64,000 bases of DNA, taken from Gonapodya sp. JEL0774. Its lineage: Eukaryota. Positions 52,376-63,549 of the stretch are shown here, piece after piece (the stretch's first letter is position 1; every line of letters starts with the position of its first letter). A model generated the notes under the pieces. It was not told the DNA's origin. It worked only from the letters and a program-made list of their open reading frames with translations, and did not search any database. The position numbers and the translations under genes are program-made. The stretch covers positions 1 to 64,000 of the forward strand of contig JADIIX010000046.1 in the NCBI GenBank assembly GCA_027604505.1, read 5' to 3'.

Positions 52376-55300
52376 TTACGTGAGAGCGTCTCCAATTTCC
52401 TGCACAGTTTGGCTCTTAAGAAAGCGTGCTTCGATCGGGCGATCAACATGGAAACTCAGATCACAAACAGAGTCTGCTAAGAGATTGGAGCTTTGCTCTC
52501 CCTCCCCAAAGAGCAGCTTGGCAAGATCTCTCGACACAGACGGGGGCACGAGGTTCAAGATCGCCTGTAGCTGGGTTTTGATTTTGATTCGGGACACTGG
52601 GGATTTGGTTCCAACCATCTGCAAAGCAGACAATCCCTGTGTAACATCATCACACACCACAGTTCCGCCGCCTGAAACTTCAGCTCCCTCACGAACAGTT
52701 GCTGGCGAAAACGTAGCTTTCCACGTTTTAGGATCGATCTCAACGAACATGTCTATCCCCTTGACCTTGCCCCGTTCGATTACAGCATCTTCTTTCCTCC
52801 TGCTGGGACGAAGCAGATATCTAGATATCTTGCGTCCAAAGTAGGGGTAGTCAAGACCATATTCGAATTTGTACGAGGAAGCACTGAACCGAAATTCAGT
52901 TGGTTTTGCAACTAGAGCGGATTCTCCGGGCGAAGTGGAGTCCGGAGACGTAGAGGTAGAGGCAAGAGTAATTGTTTCAGAGGCCGCGGAAGCGACTACA
53001 GACGAAGTCTAAAGGTCATGAGAGTGGTTTACGTTGCCCCTTGACAGTTACGCTGCAAAGTACACAAGTACTCACCACCCTCTTCTCTGACTGGTCTGCT
53101 AGCAACCTCATTTTGGTTCCTTCCATTGTCCTTGCCACTCTCCTGAGTAACGTGTTTCTCCTGAGTAGCTACTTCTTCCTCTGAGGGAGGGACAATCACA
53201 GAAGCAGTGGAACTGTCTCCAAGAGGGTGCGACGAAGGCTCCACTTCAGCTGCAGCAAGTGATGATGTAGAAGCTTGTGTAGTAGAAGAAGCACTGGTAC
53301 TGCCTTGCGCGAGGTTGGGTGACACAGACGCAGAAGTCGGACCCGTGACACTAATCGAGTGGTTGGGAGGACTGGAGACGGGGGCTCCGAAAGAGAAGGG
53401 AGAGCTAGAGAGGGCAGTCCCGGTGGGCAAGGCGGTGTTGCTGGTGGCAGGAGCACCAAAGCTGAAGGGAGAGGAAGACGGTGTGGTATATGTGGGAACA
53501 TTGGGAATCGCGGTGAGCGGGGCGGCCACGGTAGTGACGAGGGAAGGAGCGACATTGAAGATGGAAGGGGCAGGTTTGCTGGCAGCAGATGCATCAAAGC
53601 TGAATGGAGAGGAAGACGGCGCAGTAGATGCGGGATCGGATGCTGCAACGCAAATAGCGGAATCGTGCTGGTATAGTTGTCCATCAATGGAACGTGCACG
53701 GCCTGTTAAAACTACGTGCCTACGAATGCAAATCCTTTGACGGGACCGTCGTGCAGCGGCTGGGCCCCACCCGCTCCCTCGCCTGTCTGCAGCGACGAGG
53801 TCAGATTCGTCGCAGAGTGTACGGGCTGTCCAAATAGACTCTTGTCCGTCGAAGCGGGTTTGAGCAAAACCAAATGCACTGGTTCCTGGCTGGTTGCTCG
53901 CAAGAGCACCGAACAGAGATCCGGTGGCGTGGGCTCCAAAGATTGGTGAGGATTAAGTCGCAGGACCGCCAAAGGGAGTTTGAGCGGCATTGCCGGTTCC
54001 GAAATCGCCAAATCCGAAGAGACCTCCAGCAGGGACCGTTCCAGAAGAGCTGTTGGCAGGAAGGGCAGAAGTGGGGGCACCAAAGAGGGAGGGACCAGCA
54101 ACATGATCGGTAGGACGATCAACGTTGGTGTGAGAGGTGGTAGGGGCACTCGGCGCGGTTGTGGCTACCCGAGAGCGTAGAAACGCCATCAATTGGTGTG
54201 ATGAGACGTAGCAACATTCATAGAACCCGGCATACCTCCGAATCCTGCAATTTCATGTTTCACGGGTTGTGAGTGGCCACACAAATATCTGCCGTTCGTC
54301 GCAGCTGGCTGGCCAGAGAGGCTCGTGATCGGCGCACTGGGTTGTCCAAAGCAGCTCCCACCTGGCTTACTCGCTTCGCCAAATTCGTTCCCACGGACCG
54401 TACTACATTGGCCAGACAAGCTCCCACCCACCGGCCTGGGTAGGCTAAACAAACTGCCGGCGGATACAGCAGGTTGACCAAACAGACTCCCGACGGGTGC
54501 CGCTGTTTGGCTGAAGAAACCACCGGGGGGTGCGGGTTGACCGAATAGACTCCCGGCAGGTGCTGCAGGTTGGCCGAACAGGCTCGTGTTCGCAGTCGGT
54601 TGGCCAAACGAGCACGGAGCGTGTGTCGGCTGCGATGTCGCCACGGTCAAATTGAAGCCGAATTCTCCTCCGCCAAAGCGAAAGGCTCCACTTGATCCAG
54701 GTTTAGGGTCGGAACCAAACGTGAATCCTCCCGCTGTCGGTGGACGTGCACCAAACAGACCGTTGCGATGGCACTGGGTTTCGGTTTCTTTCCCAGCATA
54801 TAGTCCCTCAGACGGAGTTCCTGAGCGAAATGTTGGGGAGCAGGTTGATGAGTTGAGTCACGCGAACACCTTCATTGTATTTTTTTCTCTACTTACCTCC
54901 AACGAGTATATCCTGTAAACATCCATGGCGGTAATCGTTTGGAACTTTCCGGGTGCAACTGACGACAAACTGTCCTTATCGACTGTGGCCTGGAACGAAG
55001 GGTCGCCGGTCCCATTGTTGAACTTGTCTGAAGTTGGTCCAACAGAGGCGGAAACAGTATGGAAGGCGAATGCGGGAGGATCTTTGGCCCGGTTGTCACT
55101 AGACTGTGAAATAGCACCCATTGGGTGCATATCATTGCGCAGGAGAGACAGAAGTGGCTTGAAGATCGCGGGGGTGTGCAGAAACTGGAAGAGTGTGTGG
55201 AACGATTGAGCAGGGTGTCCAGTCCGATACGTTAAGTGCTTCCGCCCAATTGAAGAATGAGGCTCCTTTTCTATCAGGACTGGTCTTCTTGCCCAATTCG

Positions 55301-55665
55301 TAGTCTTTGCGGCGGAGTTCCTGTGATGACGAAAACACAGTATTGGAGGAGAGGAGTAAGTTGTGGGAGAGTACATAATGTGAGAGGGAACGACAAAGTG
55401 ACCGACCAACCTCTGGAGAATACTGCAGGTACTCGGCCATTGCAACAATTGACATCATTTGTCCAACGGGTTCTCGCTTGGTCGTGTGAGAACAGCCGAC
55501 GCCATCCTTATCCGCGACCGGAGGCGATGCAAGCTGGGCCGTCGATGGAATATCATAGATATCAATGGGAGTGGGCGCATACTGGGGGTAACCAGTTCCG
55601 TTGTTGGGGAAGAAGGAAGGCAAAGGGTTGTTTTTGGTAGAGAGGAAAGCACGATTTGAGAACAT
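52376..55665 (-). pseudogene. Nup98-derived paralog A: two GLEBS motifs, FG repeats and an unrecognised C-terminal domain; frameshifts and an in-frame stop as assembled
   Basis: GLEBS1 PNNGTGYPQY...MMSIVAMAEYLQYSPE|ELRRKDYELGKK; GLEBS2 FNNGTGDPSF...FQTITAMDVYRIYSLE|ELRLRDYMLGKK; SLFGQP repeats; SPFSFGAP repeats. Lesions at ~54775 (frameshift), 53953-53955 (TAA) and ~53860 (frameshift). Confidence 0.8.
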
Positions 55666-56382
55666 CGTGGGAATCGACGGATCTGCAAGGAAAGCAGGAA
55701 GAGAGAGCAAAAAATTACAAGAAGTTACAACGTACCAGTGGCGCCAGGATGCACAAGCAGTGTGTCCAGACAGCGGCTCGTGGAGAACCTGCAAGCAGCG
55801 AAGAAGCGCAACTCACGAAATGCGTCGGACACGTTCATCAGGCGGCAAGAGCGGCGCAATCGAGTTCAGAGTTGGTTTTCCGCGTAGGCTTTGGTGATGT
55901 TCAAGGAATGAACGAATAAAGAAAGTCCCGGTAAAAATTCGCAGAGCAGGGACCCCACCTGCCTGCCTGATCAGTGGAGGGGAGGAGACCAACTGAATGC
56001 TGAATCATCAAGCTCAAGGTGCCGCCATTCCCAGGCAAATTCCCCTTCTGTTATAATTTCTGACTTTCACAGTGGAATTGGGGATTGATAAAATCGTGAA
56101 ATCAAATTGAATTTTGAAACAGCATCAAGTGAGTTCATCTCGGTTGCGCGCTGATGGAGCAAATTCGCAGAGCATCGGAGAGCATCCTGCGACGAGTGAT
56201 GCCTTCGCGAAGTACGCCGCCCGGGAAACGACGCACGAAGATTGACGACTTATTTTGAGTTGAAATTACCTACGATGCATCATATTGACTTCCCCTCCTG
56301 ATCACACGTGATAGCTCGAACTGGTCAATCTACGAGCACACTCGTTCTTGAACCCAACCTCACTCCACTACCCGCCACCAAA

Positions 56383-58589
56383 ATGCCAGCTTTCCCTTTT
56401 TCTGACTCAGGTTGTTCCGGCACGAAGTCCCCAAAGTTTCGGCCCACCCCAGATGTAGATCCCCTGCTTATGTTTGGTAGCGGCCACCAGCACCAAGGCA
56501 TGTTCCAGACCATCACCGCCATGGAGGAATACAAAAACTGGTCCTTGGAAGTGAGTCTCTTTGTGAGCACCTGTCCTGACAGGATTGAGAGATAGTAGAT
56601 GACAATTCAAGACACAAAGACGTTCGCAATGGACGTGCCAATTAAGGCAGGCCATGGCTTATCCGAGCACTTGAGCGTCCACGATGGTGATGGTGAACGG
56701 TGGCTGCTTTTACAGTTCTTTGTCACAACTCAGCTCTTGAGAACACATTCACTTACCCGCACTCCCACACTCCGCTTGCCCCGCCGCTCCACTCCCTCAT
56801 CGAACACCTCCCAACCACACTCAGGAACTCCGTCTCAAGGACTACATTCTTGACAATAAAACCTCCAAGGCCTCGGCTTGTTCGTTCAATGTCTTTTGTG
56901 TTTGACTTTGCCCTCGAAAATCACTCTTTCCTCCCTTGTTTCGCCATCAAATCTCACCTTGCACCCACCCACTCAGCCTCTCTTTCCGCCCTCCCTGCAT
57001 CCCCATTTTGCTTTGGGAAATCCTGCAGGACCACTTCAGCTCCTCCCGTCGACCTTACCCCAAGCGACTTCTTTGCCGCCTTTCCTACACGATTCGGTAT
57101 GCATGTTTGGGTCCTCACGTTCCACGTTCCAACGCGCGCCGTGGTATTGCAGCTCAAACTCACCGCCTGCTTATTCACTCACTTCTCTGCTCTCCAGTGA
57201 CCGAGACTGCCGTTCCGATACTGCCCCCGTCCCCTTTCAGCTTCGGCTTTCCATCTCGACCCGGACATCAAGTGTTGATCACAGGTGAACACGCACTGCC
57301 AAAGCCGCCCGTAGCAACCGTGGCGCCGTCGGTCGGCAACGGTGGATTCGGATTCCGAGGTTCGTGGTTTCATCCTTTCATCCTTACGCAACGAACAGCG
57401 TGGTTTGAATGTGGAAACCGCGCCCAAATGTAAACGATCGTCTCTGTTGTCTCCAGCTCCTTTAGACCCCGTTTCGGGCGTTTCCTCCCTTCCTCCTTCT
57501 CCGTTCAGCTTTGGCCCTCGAGGCATACCGAACCCTCCTACTCCGGTTCTCAACTCAGCCTCTGCTGGTGCTCCTGCTGCCAAAGCTGCCATTTTCTCGC
57601 TCTTTGGCGCGGCTGTTGGCGATGCTCGATCTGCCCAAACCACCGCTCCCTCGGCCTTTGCTGCTGCCAGTGGCACTGGGTCCGGTATCAACAACAGTGC
57701 CAGCTCGCTCTTTGGCGCCACCACTGCAACTGCTCCCCTTGATATCATCTCCACACCTTCGCTCTTTGGCGGGACCTCCGCGGCTCCTCCCATCCCCAAC
57801 ACATCGACCCAGTCTCTCTTTGGTGGGTCCACTCCTGACCGACCTTTTGGAGCCACAACTACCGGAGGAGGTCTCTTCGGAGGGGCACCCCCACCATCCA
57901 AGACTCCCATAGGGTTGGAATTTGGCATGCTGGGAGTGCCGGTACTAGCGGCGACAACACAAGGACAGACAGCAGTTTCTGGATCCGGAGCGGTTGGTGG
58001 TGCAACTCGAGGAAGTGATGATCCTCAATGTGCGCAATAAAATTTCCGTTTTCACTTTTAATCGTGCGATCTGGAACCCTTGCTTCCTCTTCACAACTCG
58101 CAGCAGCGAATGATACTGGGGAATCCAGCTTTGGAGGAGCAACGAACTCCGCCGTCGGTGGCTTCAGTTTAGGAGCGAACTCCACGACACCCTCTACTTC
58201 CATCAGGTTTGGTCACACTCCCACCCCCACGACAAGCATTTTGAGTTTGGTACCAGCCACCGGCACGCGCTGCACCGCCACGTTTCGGCTTCGGCTCCGG
58301 TGCACCTCCGAGGATAGCTGGTTCGAACTTTAGTGCACCTATTCCAGCACAGGTACCACTAACACAGGGCGGAGGAGCCGGAGCATTTAATTTCGGGTCT
58401 CTTGGCAGCACGGCCTCCAAGGCAGGTATTCACCCAGCGACCACGGATGGTTTCAGTGGCAATCCATCGCATAGCGGGGGATTGTTTGGAGCAGCGACAG
58501 TCAGACCTGGAGGGTCCATGTCTGGGGTTACCCAAGCGTTCAGGCCTCCACCACCTGGTCGAACATTATTTGGTGGATTGGGTGCCTGA
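56383..58589 (+). CDS. Nup98-derived paralog B: one GLEBS motif plus FG repeats only; frame disruption near 58240
   Basis: SGTKSPKFRPTPD...MFQTITAMEEYKNWSLE|ELRLKDYILDNK (intron 56551-56824); phase-1 exons with SPFSFG/SLFG/GLFG repeats; ends RTLFGGLGA* at 58587-58589. Confidence 0.75.
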
Positions 58590-59387
58590 AGCACACAAGC
58601 GGCAACGGGGATCACTTTCAGGATGACCTAGTAATGAAGTGCATTAATGTACAAACGTCTCTTAGGATAAAATCATTGTCGTGGCAAGATTCATCAGAAT
58701 CTCGTCGAGACTAGAAGTAATCACTCGTATTCGAAAGACAAGAGCACTTCGATTAGCGTGTAATGGTATGTAATGGCTATGGACAGGTGTTAACGAAGTA
58801 CATACTAACGGCATGTAGCAAGGTCAGGTCGTTCCCAGTGGTCTTTGGCAAGAGTGTACAGCTTAAGCATCAGAGTGGTGTGTCCGAACTGTTGTTTTGA
58901 ACTATGAATGGGACGCCATACAGCATCTTCATGCCGCATCTTTCGCAGCATTCCCACCTGCGAGTTGGAGGTCGACTTTCGGGATTGGCAGGTCCACGAA
59001 GAACCAAGCTGAGAGGCTCCTACTACAATCAACAGGTAACAGCTACCTATTCTGCGCTCGCGTTTGCATGTGGAGTGGAGAAGGGACGATTGCCAGATTT
59101 CCAGACATCAAGTGGGGAAACAGAACAAGAATGGAGAGTCACATGTATCTTATTCACCCTAAAGACCTAGTAAATGACTAACAGTACATTCAGAGGCGAG
59201 CCTTTAGCCGTCACCGACGTCCGAAGACGCCAAGAAACGTTGTCCAGGGTGCGCGACGTGGACGCCGCTCGCCAGGCACCCCGTCCTGCGTATCCTCAGT
59301 CCTGCGTTTCCCCAGTCCCGCGTTTCCACAGTCCCGCACATAGTCGTCCAGTCCTGGAAGCCACGCTGCTCGGCCCATGCCGATGCA

Positions 59388-59690
59388 CAGAGTGATGGCC
59401 ACTTGGAGGCCCCGACAAGTGATGACACCACAGCTGGGCTAAGCACAAGACCGCCGGGTGTGATGCCTGCCACCACTCTGTCCTCTCCGGCGAGGATGGC
59501 TCCCTTGCCAATCGTTGTTGAGGGTGTCGCGGTTGACGCCAGAGTGATGGCCACTTGGAGGCCGTCGACAAGTGATGACACCACAGCTCGTCTAAGCACA
59601 GAAGCCGACGGCCGTGATGCCTGCCACCACTCTGTCCTCTCCGACGAGGATGGCCCCCTGGCCCGCATGGTTGTCGGGAGTGTCGGAAGA
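59388..59690. repeat. Imperfect tandem direct repeat, two copies with ~152-nt period
   Basis: cagagtgatggccacttggaggcc...gacaagtgatgacaccacagct...gtgatgcctgccaccactctgtcctctcc..cgaggatggc starts at 59388 and again at 59540. Confidence 0.9.
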
Positions 59691-60074
59691 GGAAACGAGG
59701 CACAACCTCTCAGCCCAGGCAGGTTCTCTCATTGGAACTCTCGTAGCCAACTTACAGGCTCGTCGCTGCAGTGAGGAAGCAGAAGTACAATGCAATAAAC
59801 TTCAGCAAGCAGGTTGCTAATTTTCACGATCTCAGAGAAGCCTATGCAGGTTAGCGAGAATAGGGTACACCGTGCTGCCGAATTGGGCTTCTCAACCATC
59901 CGAAGCCACGTTGATGTCATGCAGAATTCTCGATCCGAGGCCGCGTTTTCGTAATCATAACAACAATCTGGCATAATGGTCCCTGTCACTGCACTCGACA
60001 AAAGGGGTGGAAGACTTCAGTACATATATGCAACAATTCCTATCCATTGATCCATTTGTGATTTGACTCCCCGC

Positions 60075-63000
60075 TTAGAGGCTTGCTTGAGCACCGTTGT
60101 CTTTCCCCAGAATTCGAAGTGCCTCCCGACGTAGCTGCTCCGGTGCTCTTCTTTTGGGATCGCGAGCTCGAAGTCGGGTGTTTACAAAGCGTTCCCATCC
60201 TTTGGGCTTTTGTGGAAGCTCCCAGTGTCCAATCTGGCAAAAGTGTTATTGTAAGGTTCCGTATATGTGGGCGATTGGTGGTATACAATAGATGGGAGAA
60301 AAGTCTGAGAGACTCCTTCCATTGCAATTGGAAGTGCAACACAATTCATACCTTCTTCGTGCACTCGAAGTCTGAGAGTTCAGTGCTTTCCACCACCTCA
60401 CGCAACTCAATCGGAAGACCCTGAGTGGAACGGAGTGGACAGTAAGATCTTGCTATTCAGCCGTCGCTGGAGAACTCTAGAACCTTACATTGAACCAAGC
60501 TGGATTGAGGAACTCTTCGTACTTGTTGGCCTGCTTTCCCGCGGCATCTTTGTGTTCCCATGTGAACTTAGAGGGCATAGCATAAAGGCGATTGAGCATG
60601 ACTTTTTCGTTAGTTCTGGATGTGCTCGAATCAACTAACCTTATAATATGAGATGCAGCTTCCTGCATATGGAGTACTTTTCAACCCCTCTCGACACATC
60701 TATGAACGGTCAACAGTTAAAACTCTGAACTTCAACTGCCCTTGGCACAATGCTTTGTAACACACCTTCTCCCATTGTTCTTCCTTGTCTTCTCGAGGCT
60801 CAAAGCACTGAACATTGGTGCGCGCCATGGATTCCACCATGCGACATAAAAAGTCGACTCGTTGCTCCACCATCTCAATGTGCGACGACCAAACAGAGCC
60901 GTTTGGGCCGATAGTTAAGATCTTTCGAATCACAAGGTCATGGTGTATTGGAGCGCGCTCTAACACAGACTCGGTCCGTAGTGCGACTCACTAGATTGGG
61001 GAAATTGTGGTTCATATAGCCGATGTAAGACCTCGGAGCGCCGACACTGCGCCAGTAGTCGTACTGAAGTAAGATAGGTAAGAGAAACCCGATGCTGCGC
61101 ATGCTTCTAACACCACCAATTTTGTTTCTGTAACTCACTTGCTCAACGCCACCTCTCCCATAGACGGGGAATACCTTACCCATACTAAAATTGCCCCACC
61201 CTGTTGCCCATATGATGACATCGTACTCTCTCTCTTTCTCTTCTCCTGTTTTTCTATCTTTGCTGATGATGCCTTTTGGGGTGATTTTGCTGATTGGTCC
61301 GGCAATCAGGTCCACATTGGGGCGATTGAAACACTGGTAACAGGTGAAAGTAGGACGCGCTGAGCACAGCAACATGGAAACAAATAATACAGGGCAAAGG
61401 TATCTTACAGCAAGGTAACCGGTATCAACCATAATGCGCTTGCACCCGATGGGGTCTGGTAGAAAGTAAAGTTCAGGTACCGCATCGTAAAATGATTCGC
61501 TGAAAACCCACAATCTGGAGTCATTGCCTCCCAAAGCTCTGATCTTTTCACAATCTTTTTTAAATCTAAGAGAGGATAAGAGACGCTCGAACAGCGCGAA
61601 AGACCTAATGAAATTGCACAAGCATGTCCACTTACATTCGAGGCACCTTTGCTGCATTCGAACAGCTGAACTCGAGCCTGGTTTCTCAATAGCGGACCAG
61701 GTACGCTCAGTCTGGGGTGTTAGTACGCCGGTCAAATCCCAAATTTCATGAGATACTAGCATACGTGCTTGCTCTTGGATCACACACCATGTTGACCACC
61801 TCTTGTCGCTTTTGGAGAAGGGAGTTCGGATCTTCACGCCATTTCTGCTTTTGCTCCTCAGTAAAGTGATTGTTTGCGTCAGGTTGAATCCTTTTCCACC
61901 AAAGAGATGAACGATGAAATGATCAGCGCTGCAACCGTCAAAACCACAGCATCACCAACCATCCGGGGGTTCGTTGATAGACATCCAAGCGATCCACTAT
62001 GTGAACAATTTCCGGCACTTAGAACGGCAAGATGGACCCGATGTCAATCAGCGACCGGTAACTGCTGGCCTGTCGCAAATCTTCTCACCAACTTGAATTC
62101 CACTGGGACCGGTGCCCACCATTGCGACCCGTTTCCCTTCAAGGGATATATCGTCGCGCCAGTAGCAGGTGTGTTGTGTCTGACCTGCAAATGTTGAGAC
62201 GCCAGGGTAGTCCTGATGGCGTTGAGGTTGGGATTACTGTCCCGATAATGTCACCGTCAAAAGATCCAAGACTCACGGGAACGTACGGCTTCGTAAAGAC
62301 TCCAGACGTCTGCAACAATCAATCAGCAAATTGACGTTCAATCTGGCCCGCTGTGGGTCACGCACCCTGAGGACTCACGTTCAAGACAATGTTCGCTTGA
62401 AACACGCCTGTGCGCACCACCTTTCGCTTAAAAGTTCCTTCCCATTGCCCTTCTTCTTCAAGAACACGACCTTGAGGCTTTTCGAGAACTTGATAGTGTA
62501 TATTCCACACTTTCTCGGTATCGTCCCATACTAACTTCGTAATTTCGTGGTTGAAACGAACATGCGGAAGAACTTGGGAGCAGCCAATGTCAAGATTGCT
62601 CTTCGCTAACGACTGAGTTCTGCTTACTGTTGTATTTGTGACAAACACTCGTCATGTAAGCTTGGAGCTCTTGTCGCGGTGCGTACTTGAAGAAGCGACA
62701 AACGATAAAAAGTGGAAACAAGCCAACACAAAAACAAAATCGCTCACTTCACAACTCCAATTAGGGTTCAATTCAAATGAAAAGGAATAGAAATGCGAGG
62801 GGATGTCGCATGCGCATCCTGTACGAAGTGTCATGCATATTGCTATTCTTTTCCAAAGCACTGGACGCTCACCAGGATACTTTTGATGACGCCAAGTGCC
62901 ACCAATCCCCTCTGAAGACTTTTCAAAGACGACGAAGTTCTGAAACCCCATCTTGTAATGAAGTAGAGGATCGCATTCAGAATCGGAGGTGACGCGAAGA

Positions 63001-63216
63001 ACAATCTACATCGCAATCTCTTGAGGAGAAAAGGTACTCACTCTGTGCTTCAAGTTAACAGCTGCGGCGATGCCGCCCGTTCCTGTCCCCACCTTTGCAC
63101 ATGGAAATTGATTCCGAGAAATCCGTTGGGTGACACTTGACACAGATTGACCCAGAAACTCAAATCGCTCTTACAAGCGCGATGATGGGCTGTCCTGTTT
63201 GCTTCAAAGTTGACAT
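60075..63216 (-). CDS. Baeyer-Villiger monooxygenase / FMO-like FAD- and NAD(P)H-dependent monooxygenase with many exons
   Basis: IIAL|VGTGTGGIAAA (Rossmann 1), VFEK...IGGTW..QKYPG|CACDIPSHFYSFSFELNPNWS, FAGQTQHTCYW (FxGxxxHxxxW), GKRVAMVGTGPSGIQ (Rossmann 2), IGCKRI, DVIIWATGW, NHNFPNL. Confidence 0.9.
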
Positions 63217-63549
63217 TGCGGGAAACTAGTGATATATTGAAAGGTGATCGGACCCTCGGGTAGAACTTGCCGAAGACACGATGAACGCAGTGAAACGGAG
63301 GATGTATTATGGATCTCAAAGTTGACAAAACTCAGAGAATCAATTGGAATGAACATGTAAATTGCGATATTGTAATGTTTTTTGCTGTGGGTGCTGAAAT
63401 CAAAATGAAATTTTGATGCCATACAGCCAGACTTCACTTGGCAAACTAGACCACGAATTCGGCAATACTATCTCACAAGTTAGGTCAATATGTAAAGCAA
63501 TGCAGTTTCGTTGATTTACCTCTTGCTGGTCTCAAGTCTCAACAGTCAC

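Noticed and set aside
59388..59690. Direct repeat considered as a CRISPR array or LTR pair
   Set aside because: Only two adjacent ~152-nt copies, no spacers, no internal retroelement, eukaryotic context.
60075..60086. C-terminal ASL of the monooxygenase as a peroxisomal PTS1 signal
   Set aside because: Lacks the basic residue at -2, and the last exon is only inferred.
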